Origin: an uncultured Desulfobacterales bacterium
GTDB lineage: Bacteria; Desulfobacterota; Desulfobacteria; Desulfobacterales; CAJINA01
Reading direction: 5' to 3'
Length of the DNA: 64,000 nucleotides
NCBI GenBank assembly: GCA_964636125.1
Contig: CAZWPX010000023.1
Location: forward strand, 1,010-65,009
Made by a program: the position numbers and the translations under genes. Of the stretch, positions 1-9,900 are shown piece after piece (the stretch's first letter is position 1; every line of letters begins with the position of its first letter). The notes under the pieces were generated by a model, which did no database searches, was not told the DNA's origin, and saw only the letters and a list, made by a program, of their open reading frames with translations.

Positions 1-874
1 CGTACCCTTCATCACCGGACGCATGGGAGATAACCAGCTTGGCCTTGAGGTCCAGACGGCTGACCAATTCGATGGCGTGCTCAATGCCTTTGCGCTTCAC
101 CACCCGGGTCGGCTGCAGGATCAGCAGTTCATCGTCCGCCACCCCCAGATCACGCCTGACGTTGCAGGCATACGCATCCCCGGCAGGCATGACGACGTCG
201 CCGGTTACCCTTCCGGCTGTATCCGTGGCGACGGTGGGCGGAGGCCGGTCGAAATCCATCACGTTGGGAATCACTGTTGCGGAGATGCCTGTTCTCAGGC
301 TCAACTGGTTGTCTGCCGAGGTATTGATAACCGCGTGATGGATATGGGGAATATGGGGGGGAAAGGCCATGTTAAGGTATTCCCATATGGCGTTGGTTTT
401 GAAGTTCTGGCGCTCCCAGAAGAAATCATGGTGATGCGCGATGGTGGGAATCCCGGTCTCGGAAATCACCTCGGTCAGGGCCAGGCCCAGCGGAACGTTG
501 AGGGGGATGGTCAACACATTCTCGGGCACCAGCACCTCCAGCTCAAACTTTTCCATAAAGTCGTAGAGGGCATCTTTCATTTCAACTTTGAGGGCCTGGA
601 TCTGTCGGGTGATAGACCGGTCGCGAACCGTGACCCCGTAGCATTGGCTGTGCAGTTTCTTGATGACCGGATGCTTGAAATGGGCCTGCGCATACAGCAT
701 CGATCTTTCCGGCGGCCGATCAAGCTCACCGGCAAAGTAGAAACATTTAAAACCTTCATGTTCCAGAACCTGGGCCCACTTCTCAGTTTCCAGGGAAACC
801 CCGTCGGTGCCCGCAAATCGCGTAGAGATAAACCCCAGGCGATGGACCTTGCCGCAATACCTGCAGACGTTCAT
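1..874 (-). CDS. Glycosyltransferase, GT-B fold (group 1-like); 3' end cut by the window edge
   Basis: Absent from the ORF track because it runs off the left edge. The reverse-strand ATG at 874 is preceded by GGGAGGG. My hand translation reads MNVCRYCGKVHRLGFISTRFAGTDGVSLETEKWAQVLEHEGF...LILQPTRVVKRKGIEHAIELVSRL, which is typical of group-1 glycosyltransferases. The listed + ORF 23..937 is its antisense shadow. Confidence 0.7.
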   Translation of the reverse strand, partial: MNVCRYCGKVHRLGFISTRFAGTDGVSLETEKWAQVLEHEGFKCFYFAGELDRPPERSMLYAQAHFKHPVIKKLHSQCYGVTVRDRSITRQIQALKVEMKDALYDFMEKFELEVLVPENVLTIPLNVPLGLALTEVISETGIPTIAHHHDFFWERQNFKTNAIWEYLNMAFPPHIPHIHHAVINTSADNQLSLRTGISATVIPNVMDFDRPPPTVATDTAGRVTGDVVMPAGDAYACNVRRDLGVADDELLILQPTRVVKRKGIEHAIELVSRLDLKAKLVISHASGDEGY

Positions 875-933
875 GTTGCCCTCCCGTTGGCCCTCACAGA
901 TCCCGGGCGTCTGGAAATGTGGTTGCTTTGCAG

Positions 934-1494
934 TTAAACTTCAGCGTGCCGGAAACAATCCACCAGGTGGTCATTGACCATCCCGGTAGCCTGCATGAAG
1001 GCATAACAGATGACCGGCCCCACAAACTTAAAACCCTCTTTTTTTAAGGCCTTGCTCATACGCTGCGATTCCTCTGTCTGGGCCGGTACCTGATCCAGCG
1101 TTTGCCAGTGGTTGCGTATGGGCCGGCCATCCACAAACTGCCAGATGTACGTATCAAAGCTGCTGAACGCCTGCTGCACTTTCAGGAATACCCGGGCATT
1201 CTCAATGGCCGCAGCAATCTTTAGACGATTGCGGATAATACCTTCATTTTCCAGCAGGCACTGAATTCTGGCGGCGTCGTAACGTGCGATCTTCTCAGGA
1301 TCAAAATCGTCAAAAGCAGCCCGGTAATTTTCACGTTTTCTCAGCACCGTAATCCAGCTGAGCCCGGCCTGGGCTCCTTCCAGGACCAGAAATTCAAACA
1401 GCTGGCGGTCATCGTGCAGGGGGACCCCCCACTGGGCATCGTGATAATCGATATAGAGCGGATCACTTCCTGCCCAGGGGCAACGCATGTGCAT
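934..1494 (-). CDS. tag: DNA-3-methyladenine glycosylase I
   Basis: RCPWAGSDPLYIDYHDAQWGVP...LEGAQAGLSWITVLRKRENYRAAF...GFKFVGPVICYAFMQATGMVNDH is collinear with E. coli Tag. I chose the ATG at 1494 (GGAG 5 nt upstream) over the longest ORF start at 1533. Confidence 0.9.
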   Translation of the reverse strand: MHMRCPWAGSDPLYIDYHDAQWGVPLHDDRQLFEFLVLEGAQAGLSWITVLRKRENYRAAFDDFDPEKIARYDAARIQCLLENEGIIRNRLKIAAAIENARVFLKVQQAFSSFDTYIWQFVDGRPIRNHWQTLDQVPAQTEESQRMSKALKKEGFKFVGPVICYAFMQATGMVNDHLVDCFRHAEV

Positions 1495-1725
1495 GGCGGC
1501 TCCGGTTATAATGGACAAATTGTTTCCAAGCATATAAAACCCAACTTAATTAAAGGAAACAACACAATGGCGGTCAAGTCAAGCAGGAAATACAGTATTG
1601 CCTGCCATATCAGACAAATAGACCGTTTTAGCACAGGAAACCTGACATGAGCACGGCGAATATCACGACGGCGGCACCACTGGCGGAACGCTGCCTGATC
1701 ATCAGGAATTTCAAAGGCGGACATC

Positions 1726-2325
1726 ATGCAAGACAATTACAGCCAGCTTGTAACGGCAAATCTGGATGAACTTTTCTCCGGCACCCCCGGAAACCTGGCC
1801 GCAACACTCCCGGCCGAGGCGGACGGAAACGGTTTCATTTTCCAGGCATTCGGCGAAACATGCCGAATCAGTCCGGACGGTATCACGCTCAAAGGAGTGC
1901 CGCCGGAAAGTATTCTGGGTATCCTGATATCACTTTATGCCCTCCAGGCCACCTCTGAGAAGTGTATTTTCGAGCCATTCCGGGCTTTCAAGGAACTGCC
2001 CGACAGTATGCCCTATGCCGGCGCATTCACCACCCATACCCAGCAGGTCCTGGCACCCTTTGTCGAAAAACTTGAGTCCCGGATCGACGCGCTGACCACA
2101 GCTTTCAATACGAAGCCGTCACCACCCGCAACAGGCGGCGACTTCAGTTTCCGCCTGCAGCCGCTTCCGAAAATCTGGCTTGAGTTCATCTGCTACCTGC
2201 CGGATGAGGATTTTCCGGCGGCCGTGACCTGCCTGTACTCGCAGAACGCCGACCGGTTTCTGACCACCGACGCCCTGGCGGATGTGGGGGAATATACAGT
2301 AAAAAGGATGATCGCGATGCTGTGA
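1726..2325 (+). CDS. Hypothetical protein, DUF3786-like
   Basis: 199 aa. The pattern FKELPDSMPYAGAF ... LPKIWLEFICYLPDEDFPAAVTCLY..ADRFLTTDALADVGE matches my memory of DUF3786 proteins from anaerobes. Not verified by HMM. Confidence 0.55.
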   Translation: MQDNYSQLVTANLDELFSGTPGNLAATLPAEADGNGFIFQAFGETCRISPDGITLKGVPPESILGILISLYALQATSEKCIFEPFRAFKELPDSMPYAGAFTTHTQQVLAPFVEKLESRIDALTTAFNTKPSPPATGGDFSFRLQPLPKIWLEFICYLPDEDFPAAVTCLYSQNADRFLTTDALADVGEYTVKRMIAML

Positions 2326-2337
2326 AGGTAAAAGGAG

Positions 2338-2535
2338 TTATCCGACCGTGACCCGGTAAAGGGCAACCACCACCGGGATGATGACACTGGCCGCAAACAG
2401 GAGGCCTTCGTTGGTTTTCCAGGCCTCGAAGAGGGTCTTTCCGCTGCGTTTACACGCCACATACTTTGCCAGGAATCCCAGCCCCATAACAAGCCACAGG
2501 GTCAATACCGCCACAACCAGGGTAATTGTATTCAT
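2338..2535 (-). CDS. Small membrane protein (2 predicted TM helices)
   Basis: 65-aa ORF with two hydrophobic stretches (ITLVVAVLTLWLVMGLGFLA and LLFAASVIIPVVVALY). No recognisable family. Confidence 0.4.
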   Translation of the reverse strand: MNTITLVVAVLTLWLVMGLGFLAKYVACKRSGKTLFEAWKTNEGLLFAASVIIPVVVALYRVTVG

Positions 2536-2667
2536 TAGACCGGATTCCTGAAACTATAGTGAAGAATCTGATAAGTGCATTCTAATTATCACATGCCAAC
2601 CACCGCCGTGAGTACTACGTTACCGCCTCTCTTTCAAGGCCTTTTCACCACTGAACTGTGAAGCGGG

Positions 2668-3648
2668 TCAAGGATCGCCCACATAGGCCGGCCACAGGTA
2701 ATAGAAACCGGCGTTTTGCGGGGGCGCCCAGTCCAATATTCCCAGGTCCACCAGAGCCGGGGGTTTCCCTTCGGTACCGGTGCTGAGCGGGTTGTAAATA
2801 TTGTCATCGGGAAATTCGGTCCGGCGGTAAATAACCACCCGGGCATCATCGGCCAGGCCGGCCAGTTCCCGGGCTTTTCGCAGGGCGTCATCCAGATACC
2901 CGATCTGGTCCACCAGACCGGCTGCGTGTGCATCATCGGCCAGGTAAATCCGGGCGGTGGCCACCGTTTCCATCTCTTCCGGCTCTATCTTGCGGTGTCG
3001 GGCAACCAGGTCGGCAAAGCGCCCGCCCAAATTTCCAATCAGCGTCTGCATGATTTCAGATTCCTCTGCGGATGGGGTTCGAAAGGGCGAGCCCATATCC
3101 TTGTTGCGACCGGACTTATGAACCGCTACATCAACCCCGACCTTCTCCATCAGACCGGATACTTCGGGCCGCAGAAAAATTGCCCCGATCGACCCGGTCA
3201 CCGTGGTCGGATGGGCCACAATTGCGTCTGCCGGCAGGGCGACATAGTAGCCGCCGGATGTGGCCAACCCCATCATCGCCGCCACAATCTTAACCTTGGT
3301 TTTCTGTTTATAGACCATAATTTCCTGGTAGAGGATATCGCTGGCTGTGGCCGACCCGCCGGGGCTGTTGATTTTCAACACGACCGCCTTGATCTTGGGG
3401 TCCTCGGCGGCCTTTTCCAGGTGGGCCACCACTTTCTGGACCAGACTGGGCAGAACCCGGATAAACCCTTTCCGGGGACTGTCGCTGATAACACCCCGGA
3501 TTGGCACAACCAGGATTTTGTCACCGGATTTCCCTGCCAGGGTGAACTCCTGTAAAGGGTCAGCCGCGTCGGAAACAAGTTTGATGGTGGGTGCGGCGCA
3601 CCCGGTCAATAAGATCAACATCATTAGAAAACCAACCGTTCTCTGCAT
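2668..3648 (-). CDS. sppA: Signal peptide peptidase SppA, 36K type (lipoprotein-like N-terminus)
   Basis: INSPGGSATAS and ATSGGYYVA motifs of the S49 family. I chose the start at 3648 (GGGAGGTG SD), which gives MQRTVGFLMMLILLTGC, a lipobox-like signal. Confidence 0.85.
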   Translation of the reverse strand: MQRTVGFLMMLILLTGCAAPTIKLVSDAADPLQEFTLAGKSGDKILVVPIRGVISDSPRKGFIRVLPSLVQKVVAHLEKAAEDPKIKAVVLKINSPGGSATASDILYQEIMVYKQKTKVKIVAAMMGLATSGGYYVALPADAIVAHPTTVTGSIGAIFLRPEVSGLMEKVGVDVAVHKSGRNKDMGSPFRTPSAEESEIMQTLIGNLGGRFADLVARHRKIEPEEMETVATARIYLADDAHAAGLVDQIGYLDDALRKARELAGLADDARVVIYRRTEFPDDNIYNPLSTGTEGKPPALVDLGILDWAPPQNAGFYYLWPAYVGDP

Positions 3649-3977
3649 GCGTACACCTCCCGCGGGGCTCACGGCCCAGGGTTGCGGTTTGTTGCCAGCT
3701 TAAAGTCCTGTTTCTTTGAAGCGGTGTCGGAATATTACAACAAACAGTCAAAAACAGCAAATCGCGGCATTACCCTGAAACGGCCGGTGGAAGGCCGGTA
3801 TCCCGGCGGCGGCAGGGCCGAATTGAAGAACCCCGGCCTGTTTTGTAAAACAAATGTAAATCCCCGGAAGGTCCTTGAATGATAGGGTTCTTCTGTTTTA
3901 GACAGGCGGTTGCTGAATTGTGCCGATTGCCGCCTGATCGCACCAGGTGATACTACCCGCGCCCCGAGAGGACTGCC

Positions 3978-6900
3978 ATGCATGCTGACAAGCCCGGTAA
4001 CACTGCCCGTGACGAACTGATCCTGCAAAAAACACCCATAGCGGTAATCGGCCTTGCAGGCCTTTTTCCCGATTCAAAAGATATCAATCAATACTGGGAC
4101 AATATTATCAATGAGGTGGACACCATCAAGGATGTGCCGCCCTCGCGCTGGAAGATTGAAGATTATTATGACCCCGACCCCGGCGCTGCGGACAAGACTT
4201 ACAGCAAGCGCGGCGGGTTTATTCCGGATATTGACTTCAACCCCATGGAATTCGGACTGCCTCCCAACATCCTGGAGGTAACAGATGTGTCGCAGCTGCT
4301 GGCCCTGGTGGTGGCCCGCCAGGTGCTCGAAGATGCCGGTTACGGTACAAAGAGCAATTACAATCGCGAAAATATCGGCATCACGCTGGGTGTGGGCGGC
4401 GGCCAGAAACTGATAACACCTCTCACCACCAGGCTGCAGTACCCCATCTGGAAACAGGTCTTAACCAATTCCGGCGTTACTGAAACAGATGCGGATGAGA
4501 TAGTCGCCAAAATTAAAAAGGCTTATGTGGGCTGGGAGGAAAATTCATTTCCCGGCATGCTCGGCAATGTGATTGCCGGCCGCGTGGCCAACCGCCTGAA
4601 CCTGGGCGGTACGAACTGCGTTCTGGATGCCGCCTGCGCCAGTTCTTTGACCGCCATCAAGATGGCTGTCAGCGACCTGCTCGAATACCGCAGTGAAATC
4701 ATGATCGCCGGCGGAATCGACACAGACAACTCCCCTTTTATGTACCTGTCGTTCAGCAAAACCCCGGCGTTTACCCCGGACGACACCAGCCGGCCATTCG
4801 ACATCGACTCAAACGGCATGCTGATTGGAGAGGGCCTTGGTATGGTGGCCCTCAAACGCCTGGAGGATGCCCGGCGAGATCAGGACCGGATCTATGCCGT
4901 TATCAAAGGCATCGGCACTTCCAGCGACGGGCGCTACAAGAGTATTTACGCCCCCCGGCCTGAAGGCCAGGTGAAAGCCCTGCAGCAGGCCTATTTCAAA
5001 GCCGGCTTTCCGCCGCAGTCCGTCGGGCTGGTGGAGGCTCACGGAACCGGCACTGCCGCCGGGGACATGGCCGAATTTTCCGCCCTTAAAACCGTATTTA
5101 CAGCAGACGATCATCCGCACCAGCACATCGCCCTGGGCAGCGTGAAGTCCCAGATCGGGCACACCAAGGCCGCCGCGGGCTCAGCCGGGTTCATCAAGGC
5201 TGCCCTGGCCCTTTATCACCGGGTCTTACCGGCCACCATCAACGTCAAAGAGCCCCAACCCAAAATCGAGATAGAAAGCTCTCCCTTTTATATCAATTCT
5301 GAAACCCGCCCCTGGTTCCCAGCGCCCCAGGGCACCCCCCGTCGGGCAGCGGTCAGCGCCTTTGGCTTCGGTGGAACCAATTTCCACGTGGCCCTTGAAG
5401 AATATGCCCCCCGAACGGATGCAAACCAGAACAGGAACGGGTATCGCCCGCGCAAGCACAGCACCCTGCACCCGGTGGTCATCTCGGGCCCGACCCCTGA
5501 CGCGCTGCTGGAAAAAGTCAAAGGCCTCCACGCAGACCTGACCGCGGAAAACAACGACCAGGCTTTTTATGAACTCGTGCGGGGCAATGGAATCTCGAAA
5601 AGGCCTGCGTCCCATGCACGCTTAGGTTTTCTCTGCGGCGACCATACTGAAGCAGTCAAACTGGCCGACCTGGCGATAAAAGGCCTCACCGCACGGCGCG
5701 GCGAAGCCTGGGAAAGCCCGGAAGGTCTCTTTTATCGACCGGCCGGCCTCGATACCCGGGGTCACGTGGTGGCCCTGTTTCCGGGCCAGGGCTCCCAGTA
5801 TCTGGATATGGGCAGCCGGCTGGCCATGAATTTTCCAGCCGTCATGGACAGCTTTACCCGCATGAACCGCCTGTTCGCAGAAGCGGGCCGCCCCCATCTT
5901 ACCGCAACAGTGTTCCCCATTCCGGTTTTTACTAAGAAACAAAAAAAAGCAAACACCCAGGCCCTGCAGCAGACCGAGATCGCCCAGCCGGCCATCGGCG
6001 CGCTGTCCGTCGGCATGTACACTCTTTTCAAAGCCGCCGGATTCCGGCCGGACTTTACGGCCGGGCACAGTTTCGGAGAGCTGACCGCACTGCATGCGGC
6101 GGGTGTGTTCAGTGCAGACGACTTCTGTTTTCTGGCCCGGGAACGGGGCCGGGCCATGGCAGCCCCGGACGATCAAAATTTTGACGCCGGCGCCATGCTG
6201 GCCGTTGTCGGCGATATTGACAACCTGCGGACAGACCTGCAGGCGATGCCGGACATTGTGATTGCCAACTTCAACTCCGGGCGGCAGGCTGTCGTAGCCG
6301 GTCCGCAACCAGCAATCAAGGCGGCCCGCCAGGATCTCAAGGCCCGGGGATATTCAGTTATTCCCCTGCCGGTTTCAGCCGCTTTTCACACCCCCCTGGT
6401 CGACCACGCCCGCAGACCATTTGCCCGGGCACTTGAAACCGTAAAATTCAAACGGCCTGAGATTCCGGTCTATACCAATACCCTGGCGACCCCTTACCCC
6501 GCAGATCCTGAAAAAATCAGGGACATTCTCAAGGACCATATTCTCAACCCGGTACGGTTCAAAGATGAAATAGACAACATCTACCAGGCCGGCGGCCGGA
6601 TCTTCATCGAATTCGGGCCCAAGAACGTACTCACCAGGCTTGTGGGCAGTATCCTTGCAGACCGGCCCCACACAGCCATCGCCTTGAATACAGGCCGTGA
6701 TTCCAGTGACGTGGAAATGCGGCAGGCGGCCTTAAAAATGTGCGTCGCCGGTCTTGAAATTGAAGACATCGACCCCCATGAAAAAATATTGCCCGAACCC
6801 CCTGGGAAATCGGCCGGACGCATGCAAATTGCCTTGAACGGCAGTAATTATGTAAGCGCAAAAACCAGAACCATTTTTGAGGATGCCTTGAACGACGGTT

Positions 6901-9900
6901 TCACGATCCAGCAGTCTACACCTGCAAGCAGCAGCGCAACGACACCTGCGCCTGCAGTAATCCAGTCAGAATCCACGCCCCCGGCAGTGGACCACCCGGT
7001 ACCACCCCAGGCACGCATAACGCACCCACCCATCTCCTTCGAAAAAGGTGAAACACCTATGAAAAGAGCTGACCAGAACCCCGGTCCGATTGATACCGGT
7101 AAAGGATCCATGGAAAATATCGAGAACAACATTGAACAGTTCTTTAAACACCAGGATGAGACTCTCAAGGTCCACTCCCAGTATCTTTCCGGCATCAAGG
7201 AATACACCGGATTGTTTTATGACCTCATGAAACAGCAGCATGCCCTGCTCAGGGAGCAGCCCGGCTTGGAGCTGCCCGCAGGAATCGAGCGCAGCATGGA
7301 CCTGTTCCACACCCACCAGGGCGACACTCTCAAGGTCCACGGCCAGTACCTGGACAATCAGACAGTTTGTGTCCGTGAAGCACTGGGGCTGATCAAACAG
7401 AAAGTAACCGGGCAGCCTGTCGATAATCTGGTTCGTGGGGCTTCCCGGGTGTCTGCGCCCGGGCCGGTTTCTACCCCGGAAAGCATACAAAGCACACGTG
7501 CAACCCACAACAATCCACCACCAGAGATAGCCCCGGAAGTGACCGGTCCCAGTGAGCCTGAACCTGTGTCAATCGAGCCGGAGCCTGTCATGGAGGCAAG
7601 CAGCACGCTGCCCCCTGCCCCGGACGCCCTGAGCGAGAACGCGTCGATCCCCCTGGCCCCGTCAGCACCGGCTGCGGCACCCGCCCCACAGCCGCCGGAC
7701 ACCGTGCTGGCGGCTGATCTTGAATCTTTGAAAACCGCCATGCTGGCAGTCGTCTCGGAGAAAACCGGCTACCCTGCCGAAATGCTGGAACTGGACATGG
7801 ACATGGAAGCGGACCTGGGGATCGATTCCATCAAACGGGTGGAGATCCTGGCCGGCTTCACAGAGCAATTCCCCGACCTGCCCGAGGCCAACCCCGATGA
7901 GCTGGCCGAATTGAAAACCCTGGGTGAGGTCATCGACAAATACCGCCGGCTGGCCCCGCCGGCAGCCGGGGCACCCGCTGCGCCCGGCACACCTGAAGCC
8001 ACAAGTACCCCGGACCCCATTCAGACGCTGACCCGGGTCATGCTGGAGGTTGTCGCGGAAAAAACCGGCTACCCGGCCGAGATGCTGGAACTGGACATGG
8101 ATATGGAAGCGGACCTGGGGATCGATTCCATCAAACGGGTGGAAATCCTGGCCGGTTTCACAGAGCAATTCCCCGACCTGCCCGAGGCCAACCCCGATGA
8201 ACTGGCCGAACTTAAAACACTGCAGGAAGTCATTGACAAGTACCGCCGACTGGCCCAACCGGCCGCAGCCGAGCCCCCGGCATCTGATCCACGGACAGCC
8301 GCATCCCATCAGCCTGACATGGAGACACTGACCCGGGTGATGCTGGAGGTAGTCGCGGATAAAACCGGCTACCCGGCCGAGATGCTGGAACTGGACATGG
8401 ATATGGAAGCGGACCTGGGGATCGATTCCATCAAACGGGTGGAAATCCTGGCCGGTGTCCAGGAACGCTTTCCACAGCTGCCCGAAGTAGACGCCGATCA
8501 GCTTGCCGGCCTGAAAACCCTGGGAGAGGTCACCGTCTGCATGGCCGCCGCAGGGCCGCAGCCCGCTACTGCGGCACCGGAAGATCAGACCGCCCCACAG
8601 GAGATCACAGCAGGTGCCCGCAGAAGTGTTGGACAGATCCGCAAACTGCCGGCACCGGACACGCTGGTATCCGGCCTGCCGCCAGACGCTGTCTGCCTGG
8701 TTACCGATGACGGCACCCGGGTGACTGCGATGCTGGCCGAAAAACTCTCCCGCCAGGGTCTGCGGGTGGTGGTCATCAGCTACCCGGAAAGCGTGGTAAA
8801 ACGGAAACCAAAGCTTGCCAGCGGTATTGTGCGGCTGACAGTGGCCGATATGCGTGAAGAGAGTCTCCAGGGACTGATCGATACAATCTTGCAGCAATTC
8901 GGCAAAATTGACGGATTTATCCACCTGCACCCGCCGGCCCTGAAAAAATCACGGGAAACACTCGTCTTTCCGGAAAAAGAGATGGCGATGCTCCTGTGGG
9001 TCTTTCTGGCCGCCAAGCACCTTAAACCCCATTTGGCCGCAGACACTGCTTCCGGCCGCAGGTTTTTTATGACCGCCTGCCGGCTCGATGGGCAGTTGGG
9101 GCTGTCCGGCCGGGGATTTGGTCTGGTCTCCGGCGGGCTCTGCGGGCTCACCAAAACCTTAAACCTGGAGTGGGACAGCGTATTCGCCAGAATCGTGGAT
9201 CTGGGCCCTGACAGGCCCCCGGCCGAATCCGCCGCAATCATTGCCTCGGAGCTTTTTGATCCCGACCGCCGGATCGTGGAAACAGCCTACGGGCCGGAAG
9301 GCAGGATAACCCTGGCGGCCCTGGAAGCCGAAGGTGCTTATGAAGTACGCCACAACCGCATTGACGATGCAGCGGTCTTTCTGGTGGCCGGGGGCGCAAA
9401 GGGCGTCACCGCCCGGTGCGCAATTGCTCTCGCCAGCGCCCACAAGTGCCGGTTTATCCTCATGGGACGTTCGCCCTACCAGGCCGTGCCTGATCCAGAC
9501 TGGGCTGCGGGTCTTAAGGATGCAGCCGAGCTGAAGAAAGCGATTATGCTCCAACTGAAACAGGCCGGTGAACCCCCCACCCCCAAAGCAGTGGAGAACA
9601 TGTACCGGGCGCTCGTGTCCCAGCGGGATATCAGCCGAACCCTGGCCGACATCCGCGCGACCGGCTCCCTGGCCGAATATATCTGTGCCGATGTAACCGA
9701 TCAAAAGAGCATCCAGGACCAGCTTGCACCGGTGGTTGACAAGCTGGGTCCGGTGACCGGGCTTATCCACGGGGCCGGCGTCCTGGCGGATCGCCACATT
9801 GAAGACAAGACAGTGGCCGATTTCATGGCGGTTTATACGACCAAGGTAAAAGGCCTGGCAATCCTGCTCGACTGTGTGGAGACGGACCGGCTTACCCACC

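Noticed and set aside
23-937. 304-aa + strand ORF at the left edge
   Set aside because: The opposite strand encodes a clearly recognisable glycosyltransferase with a good SD (1..874, runs off the window). The + ORF translation is low-complexity and shadow-like, with no family resemblance.
3673-3977. Searched the pfaA upstream region for a sigma-54 promoter or riboswitch
   Set aside because: Only a mis-spaced TGTGCC..TTGC and a TGTAAAacaaaTGTAAA direct repeat were found. That is not enough to make a call.
7662-8930. 422-aa minus-strand ORF inside pfaA, plus many other 60-560-aa antisense or alternate-frame ORFs within the large GC-rich genes (e.g. 5622..6308, 23694..24617, 50402..51379, 51969..52991, 55467..56645, 57899..59587)
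   Set aside because: These lie entirely within genes that have unambiguous domain signatures. Their translations are Arg/Gly/Pro-rich and repeat the periodicity of the sense gene, as expected for GC-rich shadow ORFs.
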